A stretch of 64,000 nt of DNA from Nitrospinaceae bacterium (GTDB taxonomy: Bacteria; Nitrospinota; Nitrospinia; Nitrospinales; VA-1). The stretch is taken from positions 32,001-96,000 of the forward strand of contig JBHHVU010000003.1 in assembly GCA_046754465.1 (NCBI GenBank). The letters run 5' to 3'. The position numbers were made by a program, and so were the translations under genes. Numbering within the stretch: position 1 is the stretch's first letter; each line of letters opens with the position of its first letter. A model generated the notes under the pieces. The model worked only from the letters and a program-made list of their open reading frames with translations. It did no database searches and was not told the DNA's origin. Shown one piece after another: positions 1 to 9,479 of the stretch.

Positions 1-291
1 TATACCTGGAACGTCGTAGGAACGGAAGGAGGCCCCATCCCGGAAGCGGCGCAATTGCCAGGAGCCACGGTCAACGTCGCCCCCGGCACCACCCGGGATG
101 TCGAATTTGTAGCCTGGAACCCCGGAGTCTGGCGCTTTCATTGTCATAAACTGCATCACATTATGAACGCCATGGCAGACAGGCCCATGGGAATCATGCC
201 GCATGGAGGTATGTTCACCTTGATTCATGTTGAGCCTATGGATTCCAAGGTCAAATGGTCGCATTCGAAACGGTTGGAGGAAAAACCATGA
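1..291 (+). CDS. Multicopper oxidase, C-terminal part (5' truncated by window)
   Basis: NPGVWRFHCHKLHH..M copper-binding motif typical of CopA/laccase C-terminal domains; frame open from base 1; stop overlaps the next ATG (ATGA). Confidence 0.85.
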   Translation, partial: YTWNVVGTEGGPIPEAAQLPGATVNVAPGTTRDVEFVAWNPGVWRFHCHKLHHIMNAMADRPMGIMPHGGMFTLIHVEPMDSKVKWSHSKRLEEKP

Positions 292-1643
292 AATTTTCCC
301 GGCTATGCATTGTATTGACGATTCCTTTCCTGGTCACCGCATGCGCCACCGTAAACCCACAAAAAGATTTCGATGCTGTGGCACTATCGAGTAAAAAGAA
401 AACCGGCTATCCCGTCACCTGGCAGCAAACCCCGAAAGAGGAAGAGCAGACGAAATTGGCCGTGAAGGAACTATTGAATAACGGAATCAGCCAGGACGAA
501 GCAATCCGCATTGCCTTGATAAACAATCAGGATCTTCAAGCCAAGTTTGAGTTTCTGGGTATTGCCAGGGCGGATATCATCCAGGCGGGTCTATATTCCA
601 ATCCTTCGGTGGGCGCCCTGTTTGAGTTTCCCGTCAAAGGTTCCTTCGGCGTCGGCCCGGACCTCGACCTTCTGTTTTCCCTGTCCGATCTGTGGAACGT
701 CCCTCTCCGGCGTAAAATAGCGATGTTCGACGGCCAGAAAGTCACCCTGCAGGTGATCCAGGAAATTCTTAACACCGCCGCGGCGGCGCGCAATGCCTTC
801 AATGAAGTTCTTTTTCAAAAGGAACTGATCGTATTCACGAGAAAAAATATTCAGTTACTCCAAAAGACCCTGGAAAAAACCAAGGTGTACTACGAGTCGG
901 GTTTTTTTAGGGATATGGACCTCTATCTCGCGGAGAGTTTTCTTTACGAGGAAAAGTTGGCCCTGGCCAAGGCCGAGGCCGACCTTAACAACGCCCGGGC
1001 CGAACTGATGCGGCAATTGGGGCTTGACCCGCTGGCGCCGGATATCACCCCGCGCGGGGAATTGGAAGAAACACAACCCGTCGATTTGACTCCGGCAAAA
1101 GCGTGGAACTTTGCCTATGATAACCGGCTGGATCTGAAAATTTCCCGTTTCCAGATCGAACAGTCGAAGTGGGTTCTCAAACTGCAAAAAGCACGGATAT
1201 ATGGGGATGTGAATCTGGGCGGGAATTACACCCGAGAATTGGATAATTTAAAAACTTTTGGTCCGCTTCTATCATTCCAAATCCCTGTTTTTGATCAAAA
1301 TCAGGGGGGCATAGCGCGCGCCCAATACCAACTACATCAAGCCGAAAAAATTCTGGCCGCCAATGAAACCGCCGCCAAGGAGGAAATCCGCCGATTGATT
1401 AGTGAACTGAAGGTTCAACACCACAAAGCCACGCTGCTTCGCGATAAAATTTTGATCCTGGATAAAAAATCGGAGGAATACGCGGAAAAATATTTCAACG
1501 CCATGCAACTGAATGCCTTCTTTCTCATTGAAGCCCGCCGCCGAGTTTTTAATACCTACCGCGGTTATTTGCAAGCGCGGCGGGATTACCGGCGGATAAA
1601 ATCGAAACTAAAATTAGCGCTTGGAGGAACCCTGCCCGATTGA
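288..1643 (+). CDS. TolC-family outer-membrane efflux lipoprotein, probably copper-resistance associated
   Basis: Lipobox-like LVTAC; helical OEP-type repeats (A..NNQDLQA, QIPVFDQNQG); ATGA overlap with the oxidase; GGAGG RBS. Confidence 0.85.
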   Translation: MKFSRLCIVLTIPFLVTACATVNPQKDFDAVALSSKKKTGYPVTWQQTPKEEEQTKLAVKELLNNGISQDEAIRIALINNQDLQAKFEFLGIARADIIQAGLYSNPSVGALFEFPVKGSFGVGPDLDLLFSLSDLWNVPLRRKIAMFDGQKVTLQVIQEILNTAAAARNAFNEVLFQKELIVFTRKNIQLLQKTLEKTKVYYESGFFRDMDLYLAESFLYEEKLALAKAEADLNNARAELMRQLGLDPLAPDITPRGELEETQPVDLTPAKAWNFAYDNRLDLKISRFQIEQSKWVLKLQKARIYGDVNLGGNYTRELDNLKTFGPLLSFQIPVFDQNQGGIARAQYQLHQAEKILAANETAAKEEIRRLISELKVQHHKATLLRDKILILDKKSEEYAEKYFNAMQLNAFFLIEARRRVFNTYRGYLQARRDYRRIKSKLKLALGGTLPD

Positions 1644-1652
1644 ACAAAGGGG

Positions 1653-3326
1653 TCATGCAAACGGGTCGGGGGGCTCAAAACTTTTTTTTCCGGGTGGGGG
1701 AGGGGCGGATGCCTTTTCGCCGGAGGGCAGGGTTTCCGCCAGATCGAATTTCATGCCCGAACCGGCGGGAAACAGTTGCGGGGAAGTTTTTTGCGGGGCA
1801 TGGGGAATCGCCCACAGGGCCTCGCGGAATTTTTTCAGGGCCGTCAGGGTCACCGGACCCCGGAGGGGCAATTCCTCCCGGACCGACCGCGCCGCCCGCC
1901 GGCCGAATACGGTGATGTCGAGAAGGGAATTGCCCATCAGCCGGTTGGTTCCGTGCAATCCGCCGGTGACCTCTCCGGCGGCCCAAAGTCCTCGCAGTTC
2001 CGTCCGGCAGTCCCGGTCGATCTGGATACCCCCGTTCTGGTAATGCAGGGTGGGGTAGACCAAAAGGGGTTGCATGGAGGGATCGATCCCGTATCGCGCG
2101 AACCGGTGGATCAATCCCGGAAACTGCCGCCGCAGGGCGCCCTGGCCCTGTTTCAGGTCGATGAGCGGCGTGTCCAGCCATACCCCGGCGCGTTGGGTGG
2201 GAGTCTGCACACCCCGTTTTTCCACCACCTCGCGGATGATGGCGGCGGCCAGAACGTCGCGGTAGGCCATTTCATCGATGAACCGCTCCCCTTCCGCGTT
2301 GAGCACCTGCGCGCCGATGGACCGGATCGATTCGGTGACCAGTTGCCCGGCCAGGGCTTCCGGATAGCAGGCCCCCGAGGGATGGTACTGGTAACTGTCC
2401 AAATGGATCAACCCGCAGCCCTGACGATAAGCAAGGACGAGTCCGTCCCCGGTCGCACCCACATGATTGCTGGTGGGAAATCCCTGGAGGCGCAGCTGGC
2501 CGCTGCCGCCCGTCGCCAGGATCACCCCCCTCGCGGAGACGGTGACCAACCGGCCCTTCCGCCGGTCCCAAAGCACGGCGCCGGTAACCTGCCCGTTCCC
2601 GTCATCCAGCAATTCCACCGCCGCATGCTCCTCCAATATATGGGTGCCCGTTGTGCGGACGGCATCCTTGAGCACACGCATGATTTCTAGTCCGGTATAA
2701 TCCCTGCAAGCGAGGACCCGTGGAACAGACGTGCCGCCGCCGGGGCGCAAGCGAAAGGTCCCGTCCTCGTTCTGATCGAAATGGCAGCCCAGTCGGGTCA
2801 GCCAGCGGATACTTTCGGGTCCGCTTTCGCAAAGGAGACGCAGCATTTGCGGGTCATTGTTCCCATGGCCGCCAACAAGGGAATCCGCGAAATGGCGCCG
2901 GGGAGAATCTTTCAATCCCAGCGCGGCCTGGATACCCCCTTCCGCCATGACGGTATTGGAATCGCCCAGGCGGAGTTTGGTGGCCAGGTGGATGGCAAGT
3001 CCGGAACCTTCCAAAGTCAGCGCGGCGGCCACCCCGGCGCCGCCGCCGCCGAGGATCAACACATCGGCGACCAGGTCGATTGTGGGTTCAAACGTTTCCG
3101 GCAGAGGACTGTCCGACTCCAGCAGCTCGGCCAGTTCCAAGGGAAATTTTTGGGTCCCGGCATTAGGGCCGGCACGCACCTGCCGCTCCATGCCGAGGTA
3201 ATCGGGATGAAACTCCTTGAGCAGCCCTTCCGCCGCGTCCTCCCCCAACCGGGGAGGGGACGAGTCCAACCGGGCCCGGCGGGTGGCGGTGACTTTTTCC
3301 AGGGAATCCTTCGCCCAGTCCCTCAT
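1653..3326 (-). CDS. FrdA/SdhA/NadB-family FAD-binding flavoprotein (fumarate reductase-like)
   Basis: GGGGAG FAD motif, LATGG, TGDG, QYHP, RD, HYQNGG, HGTNRLMGNSL; likely start 3326 by ATGA overlap with the upstream Fe-S gene. Confidence 0.85.
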   Translation of the reverse strand: MRDWAKDSLEKVTATRRARLDSSPPRLGEDAAEGLLKEFHPDYLGMERQVRAGPNAGTQKFPLELAELLESDSPLPETFEPTIDLVADVLILGGGGAGVAAALTLEGSGLAIHLATKLRLGDSNTVMAEGGIQAALGLKDSPRRHFADSLVGGHGNNDPQMLRLLCESGPESIRWLTRLGCHFDQNEDGTFRLRPGGGTSVPRVLACRDYTGLEIMRVLKDAVRTTGTHILEEHAAVELLDDGNGQVTGAVLWDRRKGRLVTVSARGVILATGGSGQLRLQGFPTSNHVGATGDGLVLAYRQGCGLIHLDSYQYHPSGACYPEALAGQLVTESIRSIGAQVLNAEGERFIDEMAYRDVLAAAIIREVVEKRGVQTPTQRAGVWLDTPLIDLKQGQGALRRQFPGLIHRFARYGIDPSMQPLLVYPTLHYQNGGIQIDRDCRTELRGLWAAGEVTGGLHGTNRLMGNSLLDITVFGRRAARSVREELPLRGPVTLTALKKFREALWAIPHAPQKTSPQLFPAGSGMKFDLAETLPSGEKASAPPPPGKKSFEPPDPFA

Positions 3327-4000
3327 TCCCCCGCCCTCCCGTGTTCGCGAAAATATTGGGCCCGCCGCAATCGCTTCTCCCGGTCGCCGGTCAGCAGATA
3401 CATCCATTCCCTTTCCGAATCCTCTCCGTGTTCGGGAACCGGGACTTGGTCCAAGGAGGGGTTGTCGCGGCTGATGCCCAGGGACCGCCGCACCCACAGT
3501 CCCATATTGTGCGGCTGCACCCGGTCCTCGCAGACCAACCGGCACAAGCCACAATGGATGCAGGTGGTGAAATCCTCCGCCACCGCCTCGAGCTTGCCCT
3601 CCTGCATCCGCAGAACCGAATCCATGACGGGGATGGCCATGGGACACGCCGTGGTACAGCTCCCGCATTTGGTGCACCGGTCCAGGGTGGGGAAGGCCGA
3701 CCGCAATTTTTCCGCCGAGGGGTCCGGCTGTGGGATTAGGGAAGGAGCGGAGTCAACGGGACAGGGGAACACCTCCATCCCCGCCTCCACGGGACGCAGG
3801 CAGGCGAGATCGGTTCCGCCGCCCGGCCTGCCATCCTTCAAGCGGATGGTCACAGTGCATGCGCCGCAAACACCGCCGACACAGCCGGTCTTCACCGCGT
3901 CGCCCATCCCGGCGGCCCACAGGGCATGAATGATGGTTTCTCCGGGTATGGCTTTAATGGCTTTTCCCGAAACGGTAATCTCCAGCGTCCTCTCTTCCAT
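3323..4000 (-). CDS. FrdB/SdhB-like iron-sulfur protein (2Fe-2S plus two 4Fe-4S motifs)
   Basis: CVGGVCGAC..LAC; CTKCGSCTTACP; CIHCGLCRLVC. Confidence 0.85.
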   Translation of the reverse strand: MEERTLEITVSGKAIKAIPGETIIHALWAAGMGDAVKTGCVGGVCGACTVTIRLKDGRPGGGTDLACLRPVEAGMEVFPCPVDSAPSLIPQPDPSAEKLRSAFPTLDRCTKCGSCTTACPMAIPVMDSVLRMQEGKLEAVAEDFTTCIHCGLCRLVCEDRVQPHNMGLWVRRSLGISRDNPSLDQVPVPEHGEDSEREWMYLLTGDREKRLRRAQYFREHGRAGE

Positions 4001-4400
4001 CAGCCATCACCTTTGATTATTTTAAACGGCGATGCCAACGGCACCGTTAAACAAAGCCTCATTTATCATAAACCCTAATGTTTCCCTTCTATCATAAACC
4101 CATGCCTCCCCCTGTGCAAACGCAGCTAATAAAGCTGGAGGGCAATCAGCGTGGGGGGGAATTGAACGATCAGACCGGAGATGATGGCAATGGCCAAGGG
4201 TTGAAGAATATGGGAAGCCCCATGACCTGATTAAAAACCAATCGATGTTCATGGGTCTGCTGCTTGAGACCGAGTAAATTGAGATTGCCCCGGTTCAAGG
4301 CGGTCTGGGCGGCGGCCTTGCCAGCTTCCGGGGATTGTTGCCCCTCTCCGGAATCTGTGCTAAATTAGCGGAAGATTCTTAACTTCAAGGCATTTGAACT

Positions 4401-5156
4401 ATGTCCGGACATTCCAAGTGGGCCAGCATCAAGCATAAAAAGGGCGCGCTCGACGCCAAACGCGGGAAGATATTCACCCGAATCATCAAGGAAATCACCG
4501 TGGCCGCCCGGCTCGGCGGCGGCGATATCGACGGCAACCCCCGCCTGCGCACGGCGGTCGCCGCGGCCAAGGCGGCCAACATGCCGCAGGACAATATCAA
4601 CCGCGCCATCAAAAAAGGCACCGGCGAACTGGAAGGCACCCATTATGAAGAGGTGACCTACGAGGGGTACGGCCCCGGCGGGGCCGCCATCTTCATGGAA
4701 GTGGTGACCGACAACAAAAACCGGACCGTCAGCGAGATCCGGGCCCTGCTCGGGAAAAGAGGCGGCAACATGGGAGAGAACGGGTGCGTCGCCTGGATAT
4801 TCGAACAAAAAGGGTTCATCTCCGTCCCCGCCAGTGAAAAAGGAGAAGATGAACTGTTGGAACTGGCCCTGGAAGCCGGGGCCGAGGATATGAAAACCGT
4901 CGACGGCCGTTATGAAATCATCACCGCCGTGGAAAATTTCGAGGCGGTCCGCAAGTCTCTGGAAGATCACGGGGTCAAGATGGAAACCGCCGAATTGACG
5001 CGGATCCCCCAAAACACGGTGCCCATCGATGAAAAACACGGCAAACAGCTCCTGCGCTTGATGGACGCCCTGGAAGACCATGACGACATCCAGAAAGTCT
5101 ATTCCAATTTCGACATTCCCGACGAAATACTGGCCGCGATTGAAAATGAATCCTGA
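4401..5156 (+). CDS. yebC: YebC/PmpR family protein
   Basis: [36 protein letters not shown]; upstream of ruvCAB. Confidence 0.97.
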   Translation: MSGHSKWASIKHKKGALDAKRGKIFTRIIKEITVAARLGGGDIDGNPRLRTAVAAAKAANMPQDNINRAIKKGTGELEGTHYEEVTYEGYGPGGAAIFMEVVTDNKNRTVSEIRALLGKRGGNMGENGCVAWIFEQKGFISVPASEKGEDELLELALEAGAEDMKTVDGRYEIITAVENFEAVRKSLEDHGVKMETAELTRIPQNTVPIDEKHGKQLLRLMDALEDHDDIQKVYSNFDIPDEILAAIENES

Positions 5157-5244
5157 TCTGTCCACAGCTGGCACCAAAATGGGATCGCTCTATTTATAAT
5201 CCCGAAGGCCAGCATCCTAAAACACAACTTCCAGTCCAGAAAAC

Positions 5245-5778
5245 ATGAGAGTGATGGGAATCGACCCGGGAAGCAACATCACCGGATACGGAATCGTGGA
5301 AGAACGGGATGACCGCCTCTGGGCGCTTCACTGGGGAAGCGTCCGCAACAATCCCAAACAGCCCTTTCCCGACCGGTTGAAACTGATATACAATGATCTG
5401 ATCAAGGTGATCCGGCAATTCTCACCCGACGTGGTGGCGGTGGAAGACCTGTTTTTCGCCAAGAACGTCAAGTCCGCCCTCAAACTGGGCCAGACCCGCG
5501 GGGCCACCTTGCTCGCCGCGGTCAACGAGAACAAGGCCGTCGCCGAGTACAGTCCGCTGGAGGTCAAGCAGTCGGTCGTGGGTTACGGCCGAGCCGATAA
5601 AATTCAGGTGCAGGACATGGTCACCGTGCTACTCAAACTCCAGACCAAACCCCAACCCTTTGACGCGGCGGATGCCCTGGCCATCGCCATCTGCCACATC
5701 CACACCGCGGGAGTCACCACCCGAACGGGCACCGCCCCAACGGGCATCACCCGAACCGGCCGTTTCCGAAACCGGTAA
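5245..5778 (+). CDS. ruvC: Holliday junction resolvase RuvC
   Basis: GIDPG, VEDLFFAKN, LGQTRG, DAADALAIAICH. Confidence 0.97.
   Translation: MRVMGIDPGSNITGYGIVEERDDRLWALHWGSVRNNPKQPFPDRLKLIYNDLIKVIRQFSPDVVAVEDLFFAKNVKSALKLGQTRGATLLAAVNENKAVAEYSPLEVKQSVVGYGRADKIQVQDMVTVLLKLQTKPQPFDAADALAIAICHIHTAGVTTRTGTAPTGITRTGRFRNR
5719..5763 (+). repeat. Three degenerate 15-bp tandem units in the RuvC tail
   Basis: acccgaacgggcacc / gccccaacgggcatc / acccgaaccggccgt. Confidence 0.55.
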
Positions 5779-5788
5779 GCCGCACAAA

Positions 5789-6385
5789 ATGATCGCCCAT
5801 CTCAAAGGAAGCCTGAAACACAAATCACCCATCTACATCATCGTCGACGTTCAGGGGGTGGGCTACCAGGTCCATGTGCCTCTCTCCACCTATTACGCGC
5901 TCCCGGAACCGGGAGAACCGGTGTCCGTGCATATCCACACCCACCTTCGCGAGGACACCCTGAAACTGTTCGGCTTCCTCACGGAAGAGGAGCAGATGAT
6001 TTTCGAGAAACTCATCACCATCAGCAAAGTGGGACCCAAACTGGCATTGTCAATTCTTTCCGGGATGTCTCCGAGGGATCTTTTGTCCGCCGTCATGGAT
6101 CAGGATGTCGTCCGCATCAGCGGCATACCGGGCGTCGGACGCAAAACCGCCGAGCGGCTGACCCTGGAGTTGAAGGATAAATTGTCGCACCTGTCCCTGG
6201 AATTCGCTCACTCCCCCGGCCCCGGAGTCAACATCGGCATCCTCGACGATGCCCTTTCCGCCCTCGTCAACCTGGGGTACAAAAAAGCCCCGGCGGAAAA
6301 AGCACTGAAATCCTTGTGGGACCAGAACGGAAACGATATCTCCCTGGAAGATCTGATCAAGGAAAGTTTAAACCTGTTATCCTGA
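5789..6385 (+). CDS. ruvA: Holliday junction branch migration protein RuvA
   Basis: [50 protein letters not shown]. Confidence 0.97.
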   Translation: MIAHLKGSLKHKSPIYIIVDVQGVGYQVHVPLSTYYALPEPGEPVSVHIHTHLREDTLKLFGFLTEEEQMIFEKLITISKVGPKLALSILSGMSPRDLLSAVMDQDVVRISGIPGVGRKTAERLTLELKDKLSHLSLEFAHSPGPGVNIGILDDALSALVNLGYKKAPAEKALKSLWDQNGNDISLEDLIKESLNLLS

Positions 6386-6401
6386 AAGCGGGCAAGGAAC
6401 C

Positions 6402-7430
6402 ATGAAAGACGATTCGCCCCTGGATTCGGCCATCGACAGCGAAGAAGTTCAATACGACAACAAACTGCGTCCCGCCAGTTTCCAGGACTACATCGGCCAG
6501 GACAAAATCAAGGAGAACCTGGAGATCTTCATTTCCGCCGCCCGCATGCGCGGGGACGCCCTCGACCACGCCCTGTTTTACGGTCCCCCCGGACTCGGCA
6601 AGACGACGCTGGCCAACATCATCGCCGGGGAGATGGGGGCGAACCTGAAAAGCACCTCCGGTCCGGTCATCGAGAAATCCGGCGACCTCGCCGCCCTGCT
6701 CACCAACCTCAAGCGGGGCGACGTCCTGTTCATCGACGAAATCCACCGCCTGTCCAACCCCATCGAGGAAGTGCTCTATTCCGCCATGGAGGATTTCAAA
6801 CTGGACATCATGATCGGGCAGGGTCCCAGCGCGCGGTCCATCAAACTCGAACTGCCGCCGTTCACCCTGATCGGCGCCACGACCCGGGCGGGTCTGTTGA
6901 CCTCGCCCCTGCGCAGCCGGTTCGGGGTCGTCCACCGCCTGGACTATTATAACGAGAAAGAACTTGAGACCATCGTCACCCGGTCGGCGGCGATCCTGGA
7001 GATCGCCATCACCCCCGACGGGGCCGACGAAATCGCCCGCCGCTCGCGCGGCACCCCGCGCATCGCCAACCGGTTGCTCCGGCGCGTGCGCGACTACGCC
7101 CAGGTCCGGGCCGACGGGGTCATCGTCCGCGACGTCGCCCGAAAATCACTGGAAATGATGGAAGTCGATCAAAAAGGTCTCGACAAAATGGACAACAAAC
7201 TGTTGTCGACCCTGATCGAGAAATTCAAGGGCGGACCCGTGGGCCTCGAAAGCCTTGCCGCCGCCATCAGTGAAGAGAAAGACACTATCGAAGACGTGCT
7301 CGAGCCCTATCTCATCCAATCCGGATTCATCCACCGCACCCCGCGCGGGCGTGTAGCGACCCAGGCCGCCTACAGGCACCTCGGCATTATCCCCCCGTCC
7401 AAGGAAAGTTCCCAGAACTCGCTGTTCTAA
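6402..7430 (+). CDS. ruvB: Holliday junction helicase RuvB
   Basis: [37 protein letters not shown]. Confidence 0.98.
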   Translation: MKDDSPLDSAIDSEEVQYDNKLRPASFQDYIGQDKIKENLEIFISAARMRGDALDHALFYGPPGLGKTTLANIIAGEMGANLKSTSGPVIEKSGDLAALLTNLKRGDVLFIDEIHRLSNPIEEVLYSAMEDFKLDIMIGQGPSARSIKLELPPFTLIGATTRAGLLTSPLRSRFGVVHRLDYYNEKELETIVTRSAAILEIAITPDGADEIARRSRGTPRIANRLLRRVRDYAQVRADGVIVRDVARKSLEMMEVDQKGLDKMDNKLLSTLIEKFKGGPVGLESLAAAISEEKDTIEDVLEPYLIQSGFIHRTPRGRVATQAAYRHLGIIPPSKESSQNSLF

Positions 7431-7508
7431 CCCCCGCGGCGGGGCATAAAAATTAATAGCAAGCAAAGGAAATAACCCGCGTACAAACATGACAGAGCCT
7501 GCTAATGG

Positions 7509-7931
7509 GTGACCCCTTTGAAAAAATTGACAAAAGAAAATATCTTAAAAGTTCAAAAAGAAAGAGGCCGTGGAAACAAGAACATTCATGTGTTTGCTCG
7601 AAAGGGCAATAATGAATGGGTAATACCTGCAATATTTGGAAGAGAGGACTATCAAATAGTTTTAGATTGGGTGAGGGACGGTAATGAGATCCTTGAACCC
7701 CCACCAAAGGACATTGATCCTAATAGAGGCCCTTGTCATCATGTTTTCGGGTCATCGCTTGTCTCCTTAAAAAAAATAAATCAGCGTTTACTTTTTTATC
7801 GAAGCAAACGATGGCCCAACCCGCCACCCTTTTTTACAGAAATTATTTTACGGAACCAAAATTTTGGACAACAGGGCCCAGGAGACTTGGCCATTTTGTT
7901 TGCTTTGCTGTCCATTTTGCTCACCTCATAA
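7509..7931 (+). CDS. Hypothetical protein in an AT-rich patch (boundaries uncertain)
   Basis: 140-aa ORF with no recognised motif; GTG start without a clear RBS. Confidence 0.3.
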   Translation: MTPLKKLTKENILKVQKERGRGNKNIHVFARKGNNEWVIPAIFGREDYQIVLDWVRDGNEILEPPPKDIDPNRGPCHHVFGSSLVSLKKINQRLLFYRSKRWPNPPPFFTEIILRNQNFGQQGPGDLAILFALLSILLTS

Positions 7932-7938
7932 GACAAGG

Positions 7939-7967
7939 TTGACACTCTTTTTTCGGACGGGTAGAGT
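7939..7967 (+). promoter_or_regulatory. Sigma70-type promoter upstream of ppiC
   Basis: TTGACA-N17-TAGAGT. Confidence 0.55.
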
Positions 7968-8062
7968 TGTGAAATATTGCTAATCACTTTATTAATCCCC
8001 AACGTTTGGCGACTTTAATTTTTGGGTTGTTCGTTAATTTTTCGTATTGAAAGGAAATTATC

Positions 8063-8344
8063 ATGGCTTATGCAAGTGCCCGTCACATCCTTGTGAAATC
8101 CGAAGATCAATGCAATGAATTAAAAAAGCAAATTGAAGGTGGCGCTGATTTCGGCGAAATCGCCAAGCAACACTCCGAATGCCCCTCCGGCCGGGACGGC
8201 GGTGCGTTGGGTGAGTTCCGTCCCGGTCAGATGGTGCCGGAATTTGATGAAGTGGTTTTCAGGGACGAGGTGGGCAAGGTGCACGGTCCGGTGAAAACCC
8301 AGTTCGGTTATCACCTGATCGAGATCACCGATCGAACGGATTAA
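8063..8344 (+). CDS. ppiC: Parvulin peptidyl-prolyl isomerase
   Basis: ARHILV, HSECPS..GG.LGEF.PGQMVPEFD, GPVKTQFGYHLI; AAGGA RBS. Confidence 0.95.
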   Translation: MAYASARHILVKSEDQCNELKKQIEGGADFGEIAKQHSECPSGRDGGALGEFRPGQMVPEFDEVVFRDEVGKVHGPVKTQFGYHLIEITDRTD

Positions 8345-8355
8345 AGAGCAAGGGG

Positions 8356-9231
8356 TCAGCCCCAGGCTTCCTGGAATTGGTCGAAAAACACGTCGTCCAA
8401 ACGGGTGGTCCCCAGGATCTTTGGCTGCTGGTAGGTGGTATACCCGTGAAAGTCCCGGCTTCCCGTGACAATGAGTCCCAACTTTTTGGCGAGATCGGTA
8501 AAGTATTCCACCATACTGGTTTTCTCGTGATAGGGATAGACACATTCCAATCCCATCAAGCCGAACGATTTCAGTTCTTCCAGCCGGCGGGGGATTCCCT
8601 CGAAGTCGAGTCCCTTGGCCGGATTGTGGATGGAATAGGTCCTCTCTCCCGGATGGGCCAACACGGGGATGCCGCCGCCACGGCGGACGAGGGCAATGGC
8701 CTGTTCGATGGGGAGGTTCTCCCGTTCGACATTATAGGGAACCAGGTATCGCTCGAAAGCCTCCCCGGTGGACGCAACGATCCCCAACCGCGTCATTTCC
8801 CGGGCAAGGTGGGGACGGGCCAATACCCCTTCCGCGGCTTTGCGGACGTTTTCGAAGCGGATTTTTCCCCGCCAGGCTTCTGGCACCACCCGGTTGATTT
8901 GATCCACCAACTCCCGCATCCGGTTTTCACGTTTTTCGAACATCTCCTTGACTTCTTTCCGCAATTCCGGGTCGATCGACTTGGCATCCTTGAAATACCC
9001 GAGGAGATGAACATTGATATTCTTGTAACGGGTGGTGATCTCTATCCCCGGAAAGGCGGAAATGGGCGTGGATTCAGCCGCCTTAAGAAACTCGCCGATG
9101 CCTTCAAAGGTGTCGTGGTCGGTGAGGGACAAAATGGAAACCCCGTATTGCTGGGCGAACTCCACTAGTTTCGCGGGATTGAATTCCCCGTCGGACATCG
9201 TGGAATGCATGTGAATTTCGGATTTTCTCAT
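8356..9231 (-). CDS. PHP-domain phosphoesterase (TrpH/YciV-like)
   Basis: HMHSTMSDG, TDHD, GIEI, HLLGY, RPH, VLAHP, DFHG. Confidence 0.9.
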   Translation of the reverse strand: MRKSEIHMHSTMSDGEFNPAKLVEFAQQYGVSILSLTDHDTFEGIGEFLKAAESTPISAFPGIEITTRYKNINVHLLGYFKDAKSIDPELRKEVKEMFEKRENRMRELVDQINRVVPEAWRGKIRFENVRKAAEGVLARPHLAREMTRLGIVASTGEAFERYLVPYNVERENLPIEQAIALVRRGGGIPVLAHPGERTYSIHNPAKGLDFEGIPRRLEELKSFGLMGLECVYPYHEKTSMVEYFTDLAKKLGLIVTGSRDFHGYTTYQQPKILGTTRLDDVFFDQFQEAWG

Positions 9232-9479
9232 AATTCCTAACCATGGGATGAACTCTCATATTAACTATTTTACCCAGGTTTTACAAAAATAATGGGCTCT
9301 TCAGCGTGAATGACAGTCTCCGCCGGGGAATCCTTAAATTGGGGAGACGGATTGCTTTACCTTCGATTTTTCGATAATCTTAAGGGTATGCCTGCCAAAC
9401 CATGGACGGAAAGGACGGTTTTCAGTCCGGGTTTCCTCTCCTTTCGGGGGAATGGCGGGATTCTCAAACGGTGGCAGTT

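Noticed and set aside
3327..3677. N-terminal 117 aa of the 674-aa ORF
   Set aside because: Overlaps the Fe-S gene in another frame; the ATGA-coupled start at 3326 is more plausible.
4022..4252. 76-aa ORF upstream of the Fe-S gene
   Set aside because: No clear RBS or motif; lies in a divergent promoter region.
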